64,000 bases of DNA from Blasia pusilla (lineage: Eukaryota), in assembly GCA_050084515.1 (NCBI GenBank), contig CM114271.1:21700001-21764000 (forward strand). Reading direction: 5' to 3'. The notes beneath the pieces are model-generated. The model had not been told where the DNA came from. It worked only from the letters and a program-made list of their open reading frames with translations, and made no database searches. The position numbers and the translations under genes were made by a program. Positions 40,317-53,612 of the stretch are shown here, piece by piece (position 1 is the first letter of the stretch; every line of letters starts with the position of its first letter).

Positions 40317-43300
40317 TCACTTGTCATCGTCCGAGAGCTCCTCCAGAATTATTGTCGGCCTTGCCTTCCTGATTTTTGGAATGGTGGGAAGTGACGATGG
40401 TGTCACTACCAATGGTGGGTCTGGAACCGGAGCTGTTGGCTTCGGAGGAAAGTTGTACGCCCCAACTAGCCTGTCGTAATCTGCCTTTGTTTCTTTGCAA
40501 AGGTCAAACAGTTCCTGCCTTTCCTCAAGGCAGAGAATGTTCCTACCACTCTGCCAAGCGCCTCTGATACTCACCCCTGAAAGGGCCACTAAGTCAAACA
40601 CCAAGTCACCCAACCTTAAGCAGAGCTCGATGAGCGTTTGCATCAGCGCCGACGACTTTTCCCTTCCTCCAAGTAAGGGGGTACCATTTTCCATGTAAAT
40701 TCCCGGGGGGGATTTGTATAAACTATCTAAGTTGTACCCATAAGAGCATGGATCCACTGGATCGAGGATCTGAAACACTTGGAAGTTGTGCTCGGGCCTT
40801 ACAAAATAGTAGACAAAAGGAGTGGTCCATCTGTAAAGAAGCACGTTGGAAAAATGTCAGCAACAAGAAAGAGCTAATTTGAGTATGCAACAACAAGAAA
40901 GGTATACTATCAAAATGGTAACACAATGTGCAACTCGTCCCCAAAGAACTTCGCTTAACCCCAGAGAACTTAGTTATAGTCCTAACATTGGAGCAACTGT
41001 CGGAGTCCGACGGGTTGTTTTACAAGTGTTAGTGATTATTTTTGCCATGAGCAACCCGTTGGAAGGCGACAGGTTGATGGCTTAGAGCAACCCATGGTTG
41101 GCTAAGAGCAACCTAACGTCGGTTCAGACGGGTTGCATCATTCTAGAAACACAAGGAAAAGCATAAGCACTTGCAACCCGTCAGGTTCCAACGGGTTGCA
41201 TTCACCCAATGGAGACTTGCGGTAAATTTGCAACTCGTCGTTTTTATACGGATTGCACCACCGAAGTCTCCAACTCAGACAATCGGACGGGTTGCATACA
41301 GAGATGAAACCCGTCGGAGCAAGACAATTTGGATATGGATTTAGAGCCCTTACCCGGATTTGACTCGTCGCGGATCCGAGTGGGTACTTGTTCTTGATGA
41401 CACACGATTGCGTCGTCCTCCACTTCAGCGACCTCTTGACGCACTGCAGGTTGAAAAGCGTGTCCTCACTCCCTCCAGTCAAAACCAAGAAACAGCCCCT
41501 ATCACAAAGATAAGCGTCTGCAAAGGAAAACAGGAGCGCGATCTGGTCATAAGAAAGAGGGACATTCCAGTCTGGGACACCGTCGGACGGATTCTCGTCC
41601 CACAAGCGCAACCCGGAGGGCAAATCAACGACGAGGAGATCCACCGCCACCTCCTTGACCTCCTCATGGACCGTCGAGGGAGCATGCATGTTTTGTTGAA
41701 GCTTCCGTCCCAGCGTTGTTAATTTGTCAATGGCGGGTGTCGACGCTTGGGAACTCAAACTTTTCAGCTCATCCAGAAGATTCGTGCAGTGAATAATGAC
41801 GCTTGTCTTGGTCGTTGTTTCTCTATGTCTTCCCAAGGATGATGGAGTGTATTCCACATCTTGGTCTGCTCCTTGGGACAAACTTGGCACTTCTCGCTTC
41901 TGCTTCTCCCCAGTCTGCGGTCGGCTTGTTGGGGTCTCTATTACCTCAGACTCTGGTGGAGTTTTTTTGGCAGAGGACCTGGTCCGACCCTCTCTCCCCG
42001 CTCGCCCGGATGATTCCGCCTCTCGCCTTGAATTCTCAGCCTTTTTTTGGGAAGACTGGGCCTCGGAATTCTTCGATCCCCTCGCCTTGGCTTTGAGACC
42101 CGCTGTAGATTTATCCTTGGCGGTGACAACCTTGGACACCAACTCCACTGTCTCGATGGCTTGCTCCTCCGCATCTCCTTCGAAAAAGTCTTCAGGCTGC
42201 ACGAAATTGGGGATGTCGTCCCTACCTACGGCCACTGCATCATAGAGCAGGCGTAGATTTTTCTCGGTTATGTCCTCAGGGTCGTTGAAGTCCAGCCAGA
42301 TCAGGCAATTCTCCACCTCGTTGTCGGACATGCTTTGAGCCATCTCCATGTCGTACATGGAAAATGTCTCTCCATCAGGCGGAGAAGCCCACAATTTGCA
42401 GGCTGCCGGTATTTTTTGCCACGTACTTGAATTCTTACAATGGACGAGGTACCTGAACACCATGCGTTGGGCAGCTCTTAGTCAAGATGCATCGGCCGCC
42501 TGCTCTTGAAGATATCGCTTTTTCTTTGCGAAATCCCTTTTCTTCACCTCTATTTCTTCATCAAGGTCTGCTTGAGGGAGGATGTGATCCTTGAACATCG
42601 TCTTGAAGCGTGGATTTTTTATGGGCTTGTCCCGCATGTCATCAAGGCAAAGTTCGAAATCTTTAGCACTCTCCAGGTTTTCTTCCTCCGGAACTGGGTC
42701 TATTTTTTTCAGCTCCGCTTGGAGACCCACAAGCATGGAATCCCCGAGAAGCCGCAACACGTCCCAAAATGACCATTCACAGAGCCTGTGGGAGATCATT
42801 GGATCAGAGACACCCGGAGGATGGTGTGCCGCCCTCTTTTGGGCCTATGTGCCCTCAAGACTAATTTTCATCAGTTGGATTCTCCTAAATTCCGAAATTC
42901 CAGACAAGGCAAATCGTTGGACGCGGTCGAGAGACACTTTCTCCCCAATCTGACCCTACGGATCTTCATCCCTCTTGCGCTGGCGCTTGATTATCGCCTT
43001 TAGCTCCTTGTAGAAATCGGGGCCAAGTTTGGGGTTGTGAATGGTGATGTAGCGCTGCATCTTGCTTGCAGTGTACTTCGTAGCTGCAAATACTGTAGCT
43101 TGGATGAACTTAGCACGCTCAGACAAAGATACTTTCTCCCTCCACTCCAGCTCCAATGAAGCGCTCTTCTTGGCGGCCTGTATCTTCGACCAGCAAAGGA
43201 TTATCACGGCTGCATCTTGGGAAATAAATGTATTTGCCCATGTCTTTTTTTTTATTTGAGCCCCCTTTGCCAGCATCTCATTTACAAGGGCGTCGCCCAA

Positions 43301-45308
43301 GAACCCCTTGTACTGTGTCGGGTGCATCGTTAGCACTTTCTTCACCCGATCGCAATCCTGGATCCAATGGTGGGTGACATTCCCCTCGGATACAATCATG
43401 CACATCCAAACTCAATATAAGAAATTTTGCAAGCTACATGGGTTCCTGCAACCCGTCGGACTTCGACAGGTCGTCATACCTCATGGTCGGAATGGTAGCT
43501 ACGAGCTAAATTTTGCAACCCATCGGAGTCTGACGGATTGCATTCAGATTTGTGATTGTCTAGTTTCAACCCGTCGGACTCCGACGGGTTGTCAAATAAT
43601 TTGTATTCAGAGAGTGGTCTCCACGAGAAAAGTGAACATATCAACCCGTCGGAGTTCGACAGGTTGCGCAATTTCATGTAAAGTTGCAATGTGACGCCAA
43701 AAATCAAGGTCCCCTACTCTAATCATCTTCCTATGCCGGCGAATGCAACGCGTCGGAGTCCGACGAGTTGCTTTCGCCAAAAAATCCTAAAAAGCGACAG
43801 TCGAGCAACTCGTCGGACTCCGACGAGTTGCTTTCGGCCAAAAACATCCTAAAAATAGCGGCCCGTCAGCAACTCGTCGGACTCTGACGAGTTGCTTTCG
43901 GCCAAAAACATCCTAAAAACAACAACCTGTCAAGCAACTCGTCGGACCCTGACGAGTTGCTTTCGGCCAAAAACATCCAAAAAACAGCGGCCAATCAAGC
44001 AACTCGTCGGACTTCGACGAGTTTTGTTACCACTAGTTAAACAACTCGTCGGAGTCCGACGGTTTGCACCAATCAAAATAAAAGAAAGAGGAAACTTACG
44101 TGTTCATGGCATGCATGGCCATCTCCACCGTCGCCATGTGATGAGGGTATGGATGTAGCACGACTTCCTTCACGCAAAAATGCGCCTCCAATGAGTTTTG
44201 GCGCTCCTCTGCAAACTGGGTCCACGCCATAAACCTATGGTTTCCATCCTAGATGAAGAAATACAGGTTCCGCATCCTGCTGAATTTCGTCCCCTCAATC
44301 GCCCTTCTGAATTTGTGATCTCTCATCCTCCAGAATGTGTCGAGCGCCTCCAAGTCCTCCTCTGTCACCAGCGCTTGGGTTCCATGTTCATCATAAGGCT
44401 GAACATAGAACGGAGGGAAGTTGTCGACGTAGGATGTTGTCGCTGCTGATTGTTTCAGCTTCGCAATATCCTCGTCAGACTAAATTTCGCGGACTTACTC
44501 AATTGTCCGCAATTGGCAAAGTGGAATTCTCGGGGCGTTCTGGCCCTCCATCAATGCCATCTGCTTTACCACCTGTCACAATGGGGACAAGGTCAATAAA
44601 CTACACTGAATTGCCAATGAATTGCAACATGGGCCTTCACATAACTCAAAGAACAAAGATCATATATTACCCGCTCGAAGATTGGGTCGATGTCTTGGCC
44701 CGCCAACTGCTTTGGGACATCAGTTGGCAAGTCCACTGGAAACTCGTTGATCCGATAGAGGTCAATTTCTTCTGCCGGGCTAAGAGACGAGGAAGACCGC
44801 TCTCCTGCTTCTTCGGAGATGTCCACCATCTCCTGCTGGCGGTCCTCATGACCTCATTGTCCGTCACTTGAACTTTGCCCATTTCCTCAGCCGATTTTAT
44901 ATTGATTGTGTCTCCGGACTTCATCAGAGACATTTCGTGCATCTCAACACTTTCGGTTGGACGGGCCAAGCTTTCTTCAATGGCAATCGCTTTTTCCCTT
45001 CGAGCTTTTGCCAATTCTCCTCTCCTCACCGACGCGTCTAGACGCTTCTTTTCACGCTTCTCCTCGACGATCCTTTTCTTCAAGGCCTGCGACGCCTCAG
45101 CCTCTGCGTTCTATTTTTTTCAATCGCCTCCTTAACACGTTCTGCAAGAAGCTCTTGCCTGTGCATCTCCGCTTCCCTTTCGCGCTCCTCAATCTCTTCC
45201 TGCCTTATCTCATTGGCCGAACGAGGCCCTGGAGATGGTGACGCAAGAATCCTGGACTTGGGAGTAAAGCTCCCAGCCTTGCTTGCTTGAGTTTTTTTTC
45301 CTCGTCAT
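40317..45308 (-). pseudogene. ParB-like/N4C-N6A DNA methyltransferase-like fusion gene, copy A; exons ~45308-44100, ~43397-41354, 40830-40317
   Basis: Coiled-coil N-terminus; VREI*SDEDIAKLKQS...PPFYV and YFFI*DGNHRFMAW (DGNHR at 44248-44234); VDLLVVDLPSGL (DLPS 41626-41615); REKSSALMQTLIELCLRLGDLVFDLVALSGVSIRGAWQSGRNILCLE. GTAAG donors at 44099 and 41353; first acceptor mutated; several stops and frameshifts. Confidence 0.8.
43744..44066. repeat. Tandem ~60-bp units, each containing a palindrome (intron 1 of the ParB-MTase gene)
   Basis: Unit agcaactcgtcggactccgacgagttgctttcggccaaaaacatcctaaaaa...; a perfect 29-bp palindrome (1-nt centre) at 43804-43832. Confidence 0.9.
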
Positions 45309-45528
45309 TGTTCCCGAAAATGCCACCTCCTCGATAACGAAATTACTTTCTGTGCAGGATGAGTCGCGTTGATGAGTCGCTCCGATGAGTCGCCTCAATG
45401 AGTTGCCTCGATGAGTCGCTCGAATCGTCTCGCGATGAGTGGTCGTGTAAAGCGCCCCTTGGTATCTGGTCCGCTAAAGAGCAATCAAGATCCCGAAACA
45501 AAAAACCTGAAATGAGCGAACGCTAGCC

Positions 45529-45536
45529 TATTTATA
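45529..45536 (-). promoter_or_regulatory. Candidate TATA box of the ParB-MTase gene
   Basis: TATAAATA on the minus strand ~220 bp upstream of the ATG; conserved in copy C at 59188-59195. Confidence 0.45.
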
Positions 45537-46628
45537 CTTTTCGAGCCGTTGGGCTCACCGTTGGGTCGCATCGTCATTTCGACGGCGACGTGTCGGCCGT
45601 TATGGAGGTCTGGACGTGAAAACCACCAACCCAACGGTCTTCGACGGGTTGGAGGCATCCGTCCTAGCCGAGATATCCTAGAAACCCGTCGGAGTCCGAC
45701 AGGTTGCCTGCCTCCACCGTCTTAGGGGAAGAACGCGAGGTACCCGCGCGACCCGTTGATGACCAACGGGTTGCACCCTTCCCTCGTCTTGGGATAACAA
45801 GGCGGGATACCTGCGCAACTTGTCGAAGGCCAAAAGGTTGCACGATTCCTTCATGTGAGCGTTACAAGGCGAGGCACTTGCGCAACCCGTCGGAGGCCGA
45901 CGGGTTGCACGCTTCCCTCATCTTGGGGTAATAGGCGGGGTACCTGCGCAACTTGTCGGAGGCCGACGGGTTGCACGCTTCCTTCATGTAAGCGTAACAA
46001 GGCAAGGTACTTGCGCAACCCTTCGGAGGCCGGCGGGTTGCACGCTTCCCTCATCTTGGGGTAATAGGCGAGGTACTGGGCAACTCGTCGGTTACAGACA
46101 CGTTGCACTTTTTTCTATCCCTCGGGCAACAATGTGACAATAGATAGTTCTGAGGCAACCTCTTGCAATCCGACGGGTCACAAGGTCTACCCTGAGTTGG
46201 ACAATCCCGTAACAATCCCCAGCTATTAGTTACCTTAGCAAATGCAAGGGATGTCTCGTGTTTGATGCTAGCAAAATCGTCTCAAAAGACCATTAGTCGG
46301 CATGAAGGGTGTACCAACCCAACGGACTCCAACGGCTTCCAATTTGCATTGGGACACGGAAACAAAAAATGGAATTGGGTGCTTTGCAACCCACGTCTCT
46401 GATTCCCAAATTCTGCAACCCATCGGACTCCGACAGGTTGCAACAAAATTGAATCCATCATGTCAAAAAATCTCACCTACCAAAATTCATCTTGTCAGTC
46501 AAATTCTGTCAAGAGAATCAGAGTCCCTATTCACTTTAAATTGAACATTCTCATTCTTATTCTCATTCCCATACCCATTCTTATCCTCATTCTTATTCTC
46601 TATCTCCTCCCGGTGGAATCTTCTCGGA

Positions 46629-49600
46629 ATGGATAATTATGTGAAGCTCACTTGTGGCAGTCATCTAGCGGCCCTTCCTCAATCAAAAATCGTTCGACCG
46701 CAAGCTCGTGAGTCTTTCATACCAATGGATGAAAATTTTCTCTCAGTTCGATTTCTTCTCCAAATTGGAACCATCTTTATATCCAAGGATGTTAGGATGG
46801 ACGGTATGGAGGACATAATAGGTGAGACAATCCAGCGAATGATTGCAGACCGTAAAGTATGGAATCTCCTACCTCTAGCAAATGATCAATACAGAGTTTA
46901 CGGCTTGCCTCTGAATTCCTCTGTTTCCCAAGTAGATGGTCGAGAATTTCCTAGTTCACCGAGCTCTACTTTGGCAACTCCTAGCTCAGTAGATCCGGCA
47001 TCGGCTCCAACTTCACACGTTCGTTACAATGGTGTACTTCCTGAAGAAATTCCCGATGTTGTCAACCTCAGTGGATCGGTCAGACACCAACCGGGCCCTC
47101 TGTCTGCCTACTCGTTCCTCTTGCGGATATCAGGCAATAGTTTGCTATCGCCTCTGGCCTTGAAAATGTTCAAGCACATTCTTGTCAATGAGCTGCGGCC
47201 CACGTACGATGGTAATTATATTTTTGGGTTGCCTCCACTTGCTGCTCCTGCTCAAAAGAAAGATGGAGGACGCTTGAAGGGTATGGACAGAAAGTCTGAT
47301 TGTCATCGATGGTGCAGGCTTCAACGGACTAGTGCTTCAATTTCAGATGGTCCTTGGATTTTCTCCCACCGCCAATTCGTTGGAGCCTTGGAGTGTAGAA
47401 GTCCAACATGCCCGTATCTAGAGCACAACGGACAAGTCAATACATTGCAATTCCCCCCCAAGAATGCAGAAACTCCATATGAGGTCGGTGCCACCATACC
47501 GCCGGGAGGTCATCGATGTCCTCATTGTCAAGCATCCCCTTTTTGCGAACTTTTTATGGTATTACTACTTGACACGAGAGATAACCAACGAGTAATTGGA
47601 GATGAACAGGATAGCCTGGATGTTCAAGTCGGGTTGGAGCGTGTCCTCCATACATATTCTTCATTATCCATGACTTGGGCTCCACGTCAAAGTACACAAG
47701 GCTGGCAATTCATGTTGGCTCCCACACTCATCCTGTGACCGATGCAATTCAGAGACACATCAAGGAGGATGTGGCAAAGAAAGTGGCCGAGATCTTGAGA
47801 AACTCTCCGGGTTCAAAGCCCGGAGTGATCAAGCTAACAACAGCATCACAAATTTGCAAACAATTGCTTGGAATCCTTGGATAGGGCGAGATCACGGCTG
47901 CTGAGGAGAAACAACCTTGGGAAAATCTCGCATTTCTCGCTGATCGTGAATGCTTCCGAATTTTTGCGTCAAATACGGGTACTCGATGGAAAGACGGCCA
48001 AAATGGATTTCATTGCCAGAATCAAGGCCAACTCCATATTTCCATTCATTTAGAGATGGCAATTCATGGGCTAGGGAGGCAAAGGATCCAGGGTCGATGT
48101 CTTCAAAATGTCAACGACAGGTCCGTCGAGTGGCCTCGATCTTATAGATCGAATGAGGGAAGGGGAAGATCTTTACGGTAGTTGGGTAAGCTTTGATATT
48201 TGCTACAGAGTGCTGAACGGATGGTTGAAAATGGGTGCTCATGTTTATGACCATGTGGAGAAGGGACTCAAAACTATATTTGTCTGTGAAGTAAAAGCAA
48301 AAGACATTGGCAGTTTGAAGATCTGTTGGTTACTCTTATTAGAGGTGGTGAAGGAAAACAAAAGGCCACCTCCGGAAATTTATGGGTTCATGGCGGACAA
48401 TGCACAACCTGGGTGGATTGCTATCAGGGAAGTGTTTTGGGGTGGGGAGGTTCAACCGGAGAGAGAAAGGTCGGATGCTTTCCATTGGCAACAATCTGTG
48501 ACCCGCTACACCAAATCTTGCATCAAGGAGAATAAGAGGAGGGAGCATGTCACTCTACTCCAACGCTGCAAGGACAACAAAACCTTGAAACAGGCCATGG
48601 AATGCCAAGAAGAAATTCATGGGTGGTGGAGGAAACATGCGATTGAGGGGAAGTACAAAGAGTTATGCTCTTGGTTGAGTTAGTGGACTGTACAAATGAG
48701 ACAATGGGGAAACTTCATGCGGGAGGTGAGTTCACTAATTTGTCTCGCTGAAAATTGTTTGAAGAGTTGCAGCTAAAGGTGAGAAGCGTGGGCACTATAG
48801 GGATTTCAAACCAAAGAAACCAAGCAATTTGTCGGATGCGACATGTTGCCTCCCTGAGTGTTCAACCCATCGCTTATCGACGTGTTTCCTGAGTGTGCAA
48901 AGAGTCGAAACCTGACGGGTTGCAAGTCGCACAGCCAAATTTACTTGCAACCCATCCGAATCATACGGGTTGACGGGTTGCCTGAGAGTGCAACTAGTCA
49001 GAAAAGGACAGGTTGCAAGTGGCATGGCCAAATTTACTTGCAACCCGTCAAAATTCGACGGGTTGCACTAGGTGGTTCATGGGTGTTGCAACACGTCGGA
49101 ACCAATAGGTTATAGAGTCATTCATGGGATACCTCCAACTTGCAACCCGTCACGTTTCGACATGTAGCTTTTTTTTTTGCTCATAGAGCTATTTTGGTTC
49201 CCTTATCACAGTGTCGTTGTTGCAGGGATTGAACATTTATGAAAATGCCTTCTGCCCCAACACAAGTGGAGCATAAAGTGTTCATTCCTCGTGGAGGTCA
49301 TCACAAGCATGCCAAAGAATTTCACTTGTGGAGTGTCACGACCCTCATAACCAAACAACACCAAATAGGCGCCAAGCGAAACATCAGAACTCAAGTGAAC
49401 TCACGCTGCGAGGTTTGCGCTTTGGAGAGGCGTTTGGAAAAGTCTCTTGGAAAAGTTTAAGAGACAAAACGTAGAACAGATCTAGAGTTGTGTGTTTCAT
49501 GCGTTAGTGGTCACAACCAGAAACCTAGACCAAACGCGAGCCAAGACTTGAGATGAGTTGAGTCTTGGGAGGTTGGTTGCCAAAGAGGTGAGAACCAGTT

Positions 49601-50957
49601 TGGAACACGACTAGCGTTTGGGAGAGTCTGACTGTGTTTAGGACCATAACTTTAAGCTTTGAGATGCATTCGGGACAAGTAAGAGCGCGTTGGAGAGATG
49701 ATCTTAAGACGCTTCCAACGCACTAAAGATCTCAGAAAATGCATAAGTATAGGCTCAGATATTGGCCGAAAACAATTGAGAGAGCAATCGGGTTGAGGGC
49801 CAATTGGAGAGGCCCAGATATTTTTCCCTAAATGTAGGAGGCCCTCATAGATCCCCAGAAGTACTAGTAAGGGAGTTCTCTCAGAGATGTCTCGGAACAC
49901 GAATCCCCACTTTGGGCGCCAAACGGCGTTTCAGAGACGGGATGGAACGGGAGTTTGGCGTTGGAACTCGAAACCCAAACCTGATCCAAGGGAGTGGACT
50001 TTGTACGCCACACTTGGATTCCAACCCGAGATTCACTTCGTGCGAGTCTTGGTGAGGAACTCATTGGATGTCCATCAGACAATTGGAACCGCTAGGCGCG
50101 AAACAGCGTTTCAAGTTCCTGAACCGACCAGAAAGTCTGTCCCAAGTCTTTCAAGATTTGTCCGTGTTGTAAACCGCGAAACTAGGAAGGTTGAGCTTGA
50201 TGAGAGTCAGAGACAAGAACTCAGAAAGTAATCCCGCTGATTGATCCAAGACCCGACTAACCAAAGTGTGTGTTTGGATGCAGATCACCGTTGAGAGCAT
50301 GACCTACTGAACGCACGCTTCCGCAACCAACAAGATTAACGTTCAAGGAGAGTAGGCGCACGACATGGAGGCATGCCAACAAGACCAGGCAAGAGCAATG
50401 CTACAGTCTGCAGCATCCCATATCTTCCTCACAAAAGGCATAACAAAAGGAAGGGGGCCTTTGATCTACGAGCTCTATGTCAGGGCGGCTGTGAGATCGG
50501 GTGATGAGAAACTCTATGTGGAAGCCTTCAATCGGTGCGTAGCAGGAACTCCCCTCGAGCAAGACGTACACATTGGTGGGGATATTTGTGGGCGCATTTC
50601 AAGACGTCACATACAGATGGTGGTAGAGCAGTCCGAGCGAGACTCGTGGAGACTATATAAGTATCTTGACTTCAGGCAGGTGAAGAGGCAACATCGAGGA
50701 ACGAATCCGATGATTGATTTGGATGAGGAAATTATGCCGCCTAGGTATTCGGGGACCCCGGATTGCTCCCAAATCCATAATGGAGTAACTTCTCCAAAAT
50801 CAGTGAATGTTTTATTTCAAAAGCCCTTGGTTGCTGGAAGTTCGCAACATCCGGTCGCTGGGGTGGTTCAACAATATGGGATTCCGGTCATGGAGGTGGA
50901 TTACAACCTGAAACGGTGGCATATATCTCGGAGCAACCCTGGACGTGGACCCACTTG
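46629..50957 (+). pseudogene. MULE-type DDE transposase, copy A (intron 48726-49225; solo LTR inserted; C-terminus truncated)
   Basis: Cys/His N-terminal domain (GALECRSPTCPY, CPHC, RLAIHVGSHTHPV); D1 in WVSFD; D2 in GFMADNA; DAFHW (the C/DxxH motif); WLS*W...QWG; after in-frame splicing PNTSGA*SVHSSW, with the expected catalytic E replaced by TAA at 49274-49276. Confidence 0.85.
49334..50365. repeat. Solo LTR, family C, inserted in the transposase exon
   Basis: TGTCACG...CGACA termini; perfect 5-bp TSD TGGAG (49329-49333 and 50366-50370); removing it restores RISLVEACQQDQAR. Confidence 0.93.
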
Positions 50958-52487
50958 GGGGGCTGGTATTCTGGCAGGAGAGAGGAAGAGAGGAGAGGAA
51001 GAGAGGAAGAGAGGAGAGTCTCTCTTCAAAAAGGAAGAAAGGAGAGGAAGAGAGGAAGAGAGGAAGAGAGGAGAGTTCTTGATGACCCACGATTGCGCCG
51101 TCCTCCACTTCAGCGACCTCTTGACGCACTGCAATTTGAAGAGCTCGTCCTCGCTCCCTCCAGTCAAAACTAAGAAACAGCCCATGTCACTGAGATAAGC
51201 GTCTGCAAAGGAAAATAGGAGCGCGATCTGGTCATAAGAAAGAGGGACATTCCAGTCCGGGACCCCGTCGGATGGATTCTCGTCCCACAAGCGCAACCCC
51301 GAGGGCAAATCAGCAACGAGGAGATCCACCGCCACCTCTTCGACCTCCCCATGGACCGTCCAGGGAGCATGCGGGTTTCGTTGAATTTCGTCCCAGCGTT
51401 GTCAATTTCTCAATGGCGGGTGTCGACGCTTGGGAACTGAAACTTTTTAGCTCATCCTGAAGATTCGTGCAGTGAAGGATAACGCTTGTCCGGGTCGTTG
51501 TTTCTCTATGTCTTCCCAAGGATGATGGAGTGTATTCCACATCCTGGTCTGCTCCTTGGGACAACCCTGACGCCTCTCGCTTCCGCTTCTCCCGAGTCTG
51601 CGTTCGGCTTGTTGGGATCTCTATTACCTCAGACTCTGGTGGAGTTTTCTTTGCGGAGGACTTCGTCCGACCCTCTCTCCCCGCTCGCCCGGACGATTCT
51701 GGCTCTCGCCTTGAATCTTCAGCCTCTCTTTGGGAAGACTCAGCCTCGGAATTCTTCGATCCCCTCGCCTTGGCTTTGAGACCCGTTGTAGATTTCTCCT
51801 TGGCGGTGACGACCTTGGACACCAACTCCGCTATCTCGAGGGCTTGCTCCTCCCATCTCTTTTGAGAAGTCTTCAGGCTGCACAAAATTGGGGATGTCGT
51901 CCCTACCTGCGGCCACTACATCATAGAGCAGGCATAGATCTTTCTCCGTTATATCCTCAGGGTCGTTGAAGTCCAGCCAAATCGGGCAATTCTCCACCTC
52001 CCAATCGGACATGCTTTGAGCCATCTCCATGTCGTACATGGAAAATGGCTCTCCATCAGGCGGAGAAGCCCACAATTTGCAGTCTGTCGATATTTTTTGC
52101 CATGTACCTACATTCTTACAATGGACGAGGTACCTAAACACCCTGCGTTGGGCAGCTCTTAGTTGAGATGCATCGGCTGCCTGCTCCTGAAGATCTCGCT
52201 TCTTCTTTGCGAAATCCCTTTTTTTCGCCTCTATTTCTTCGTCAAGGTCTGCCTGAGGGAGGATGCAATCCTTGAACATCGTCCTGAAACCAGGGTTTTT
52301 AATGGGCTTGTCCCGCATGTCATCAAGCCAAAGTTCAAAATCCTCAGCACTCTCCAGGTTTGCTTCCTCCGGAATTGGCTCTATTCTTTTCAACTCCGCT
52401 TGGAGACCCACGAGCATGGACTTCCTGAGAAGCCGCAACGCATCACAAAATGACCATTCACGGAGCCAGTGGGAGATCACTAGATGA
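50958..52487. mobile_element. Mutator-like element copy B: left terminus fused to an internal fragment of ParB-MTase exon 2
   Basis: GGGGGCTGGTATTCT plus GA-rich terminus (50958-51075), then 51076-52487 homologous to 41390-42806 and 55436-56836 (DLPS at 51311-51300). Confidence 0.8.
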
Positions 52488-53612
52488 GGGGGCTGGTATT
52501 CTAGCAAGAGAGAGTAAGAGAGGAGAGGAAGAGAGGAAGAGAGGAGAGTCTCTCTTAAAAAAAAGGGCCAAATCCGCCTCCTCTCTTCAAAACTTTTTGA
52601 CATATTTGAAATTTTTGTTTGCTTTCAAATTCATGAAATCTTTAGAAGAGAGTAGGTAGTGGTCCACATTCGGGCCTAAAGAAACCTCCTTTTTCCAGGG
52701 GGCGAAAAAAAAGTAGACATCATAAGACCACTACAAACATTTTTCCATCACTCTCCATGTGAGCCTAAGTTTCTTAACATTGCCTGTCTCGGTCTACAAT
52801 AAGCAGTGCCCATGGGTATTTTTGTTGCGGGACCACTCGGATGCGCATCGGTACGATGCCAACCTCTCTTTTTGCAGGGATTGTTGCCTGCATCATGGCC
52901 TCCCTTGAATTGCCTCATAACCCACTTTCTGTTGGTTATGAATTGTGTCTGCTCAAGACCAACTTTGTGAAATGTGAACACATGATACGATAATTGAACC
53001 AAAAGATTGTTAGCTGTCTAGAGTAAAGAGGAACTGATGTGCCTTCATTCAGATCCTAAATCTGAGAAACCGAGAAGCTGCACCCCTCCCAACCCGTCGA
53101 AATTTTATAGGTTGCAACTCTTGCAACCCGTCGGAATCAGATGGCTTGCACCCCTTGCAAGCAAGTTCACCATAACAAAGGAAAGATTTTGAGAAGTGAT
53201 TCCCTTCCACCCTGCACCCATGAAAATCCAACAGGTTGGGAATCCGAAATGGTAATCCGCAGGTAGTAGAAATCCTGCACATCTTAGACAAGAAAAGAAG
53301 CCTACAACTGGTTTGACGAATCTAGGGGAACGAGCCAAAAGTGAAGAAGCCGGCCACAATGCGTCAGAAGTTGGTCTCAGAGGGAAAGAGTCCGATCACT
53401 CAAGCAGCCAACCTGTCGGAATCCGACAACTTGCCTGGAAATGGTTAAAAAGTTGCAATGGTCAAAAAGTGAAAAGTTGCAACCCGTCGGAATCATACGG
53501 GTTGCAAAATTGTCATTCTGAGTAGCTAGAAGAACGCAATCCACAAGTCCAAAAAAAATATTCAGCAAACTTTTCCAAACACCATTATCGGTTGAAAAAA
53601 TCTCGTCCTTTA

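Larger units (their letters stand above)
39799..50957. mobile_element. Mutator-like DNA transposon, copy A (both ends missing; retains ParB core and DDE core)
   Basis: Colinear with 53916-61350; contains divergent ParB-MTase (minus) and transposase (plus) genes and palindrome arrays. Confidence 0.85.

Noticed and set aside
43744-44066. CRISPR-like array of palindromic repeats at ~60-bp spacing (also 57738-58092)
   Set aside because: The spacers are similar to one another, the repeats are degenerate and also dispersed, they lie in a spliceosomal intron, and no cas genes are present.
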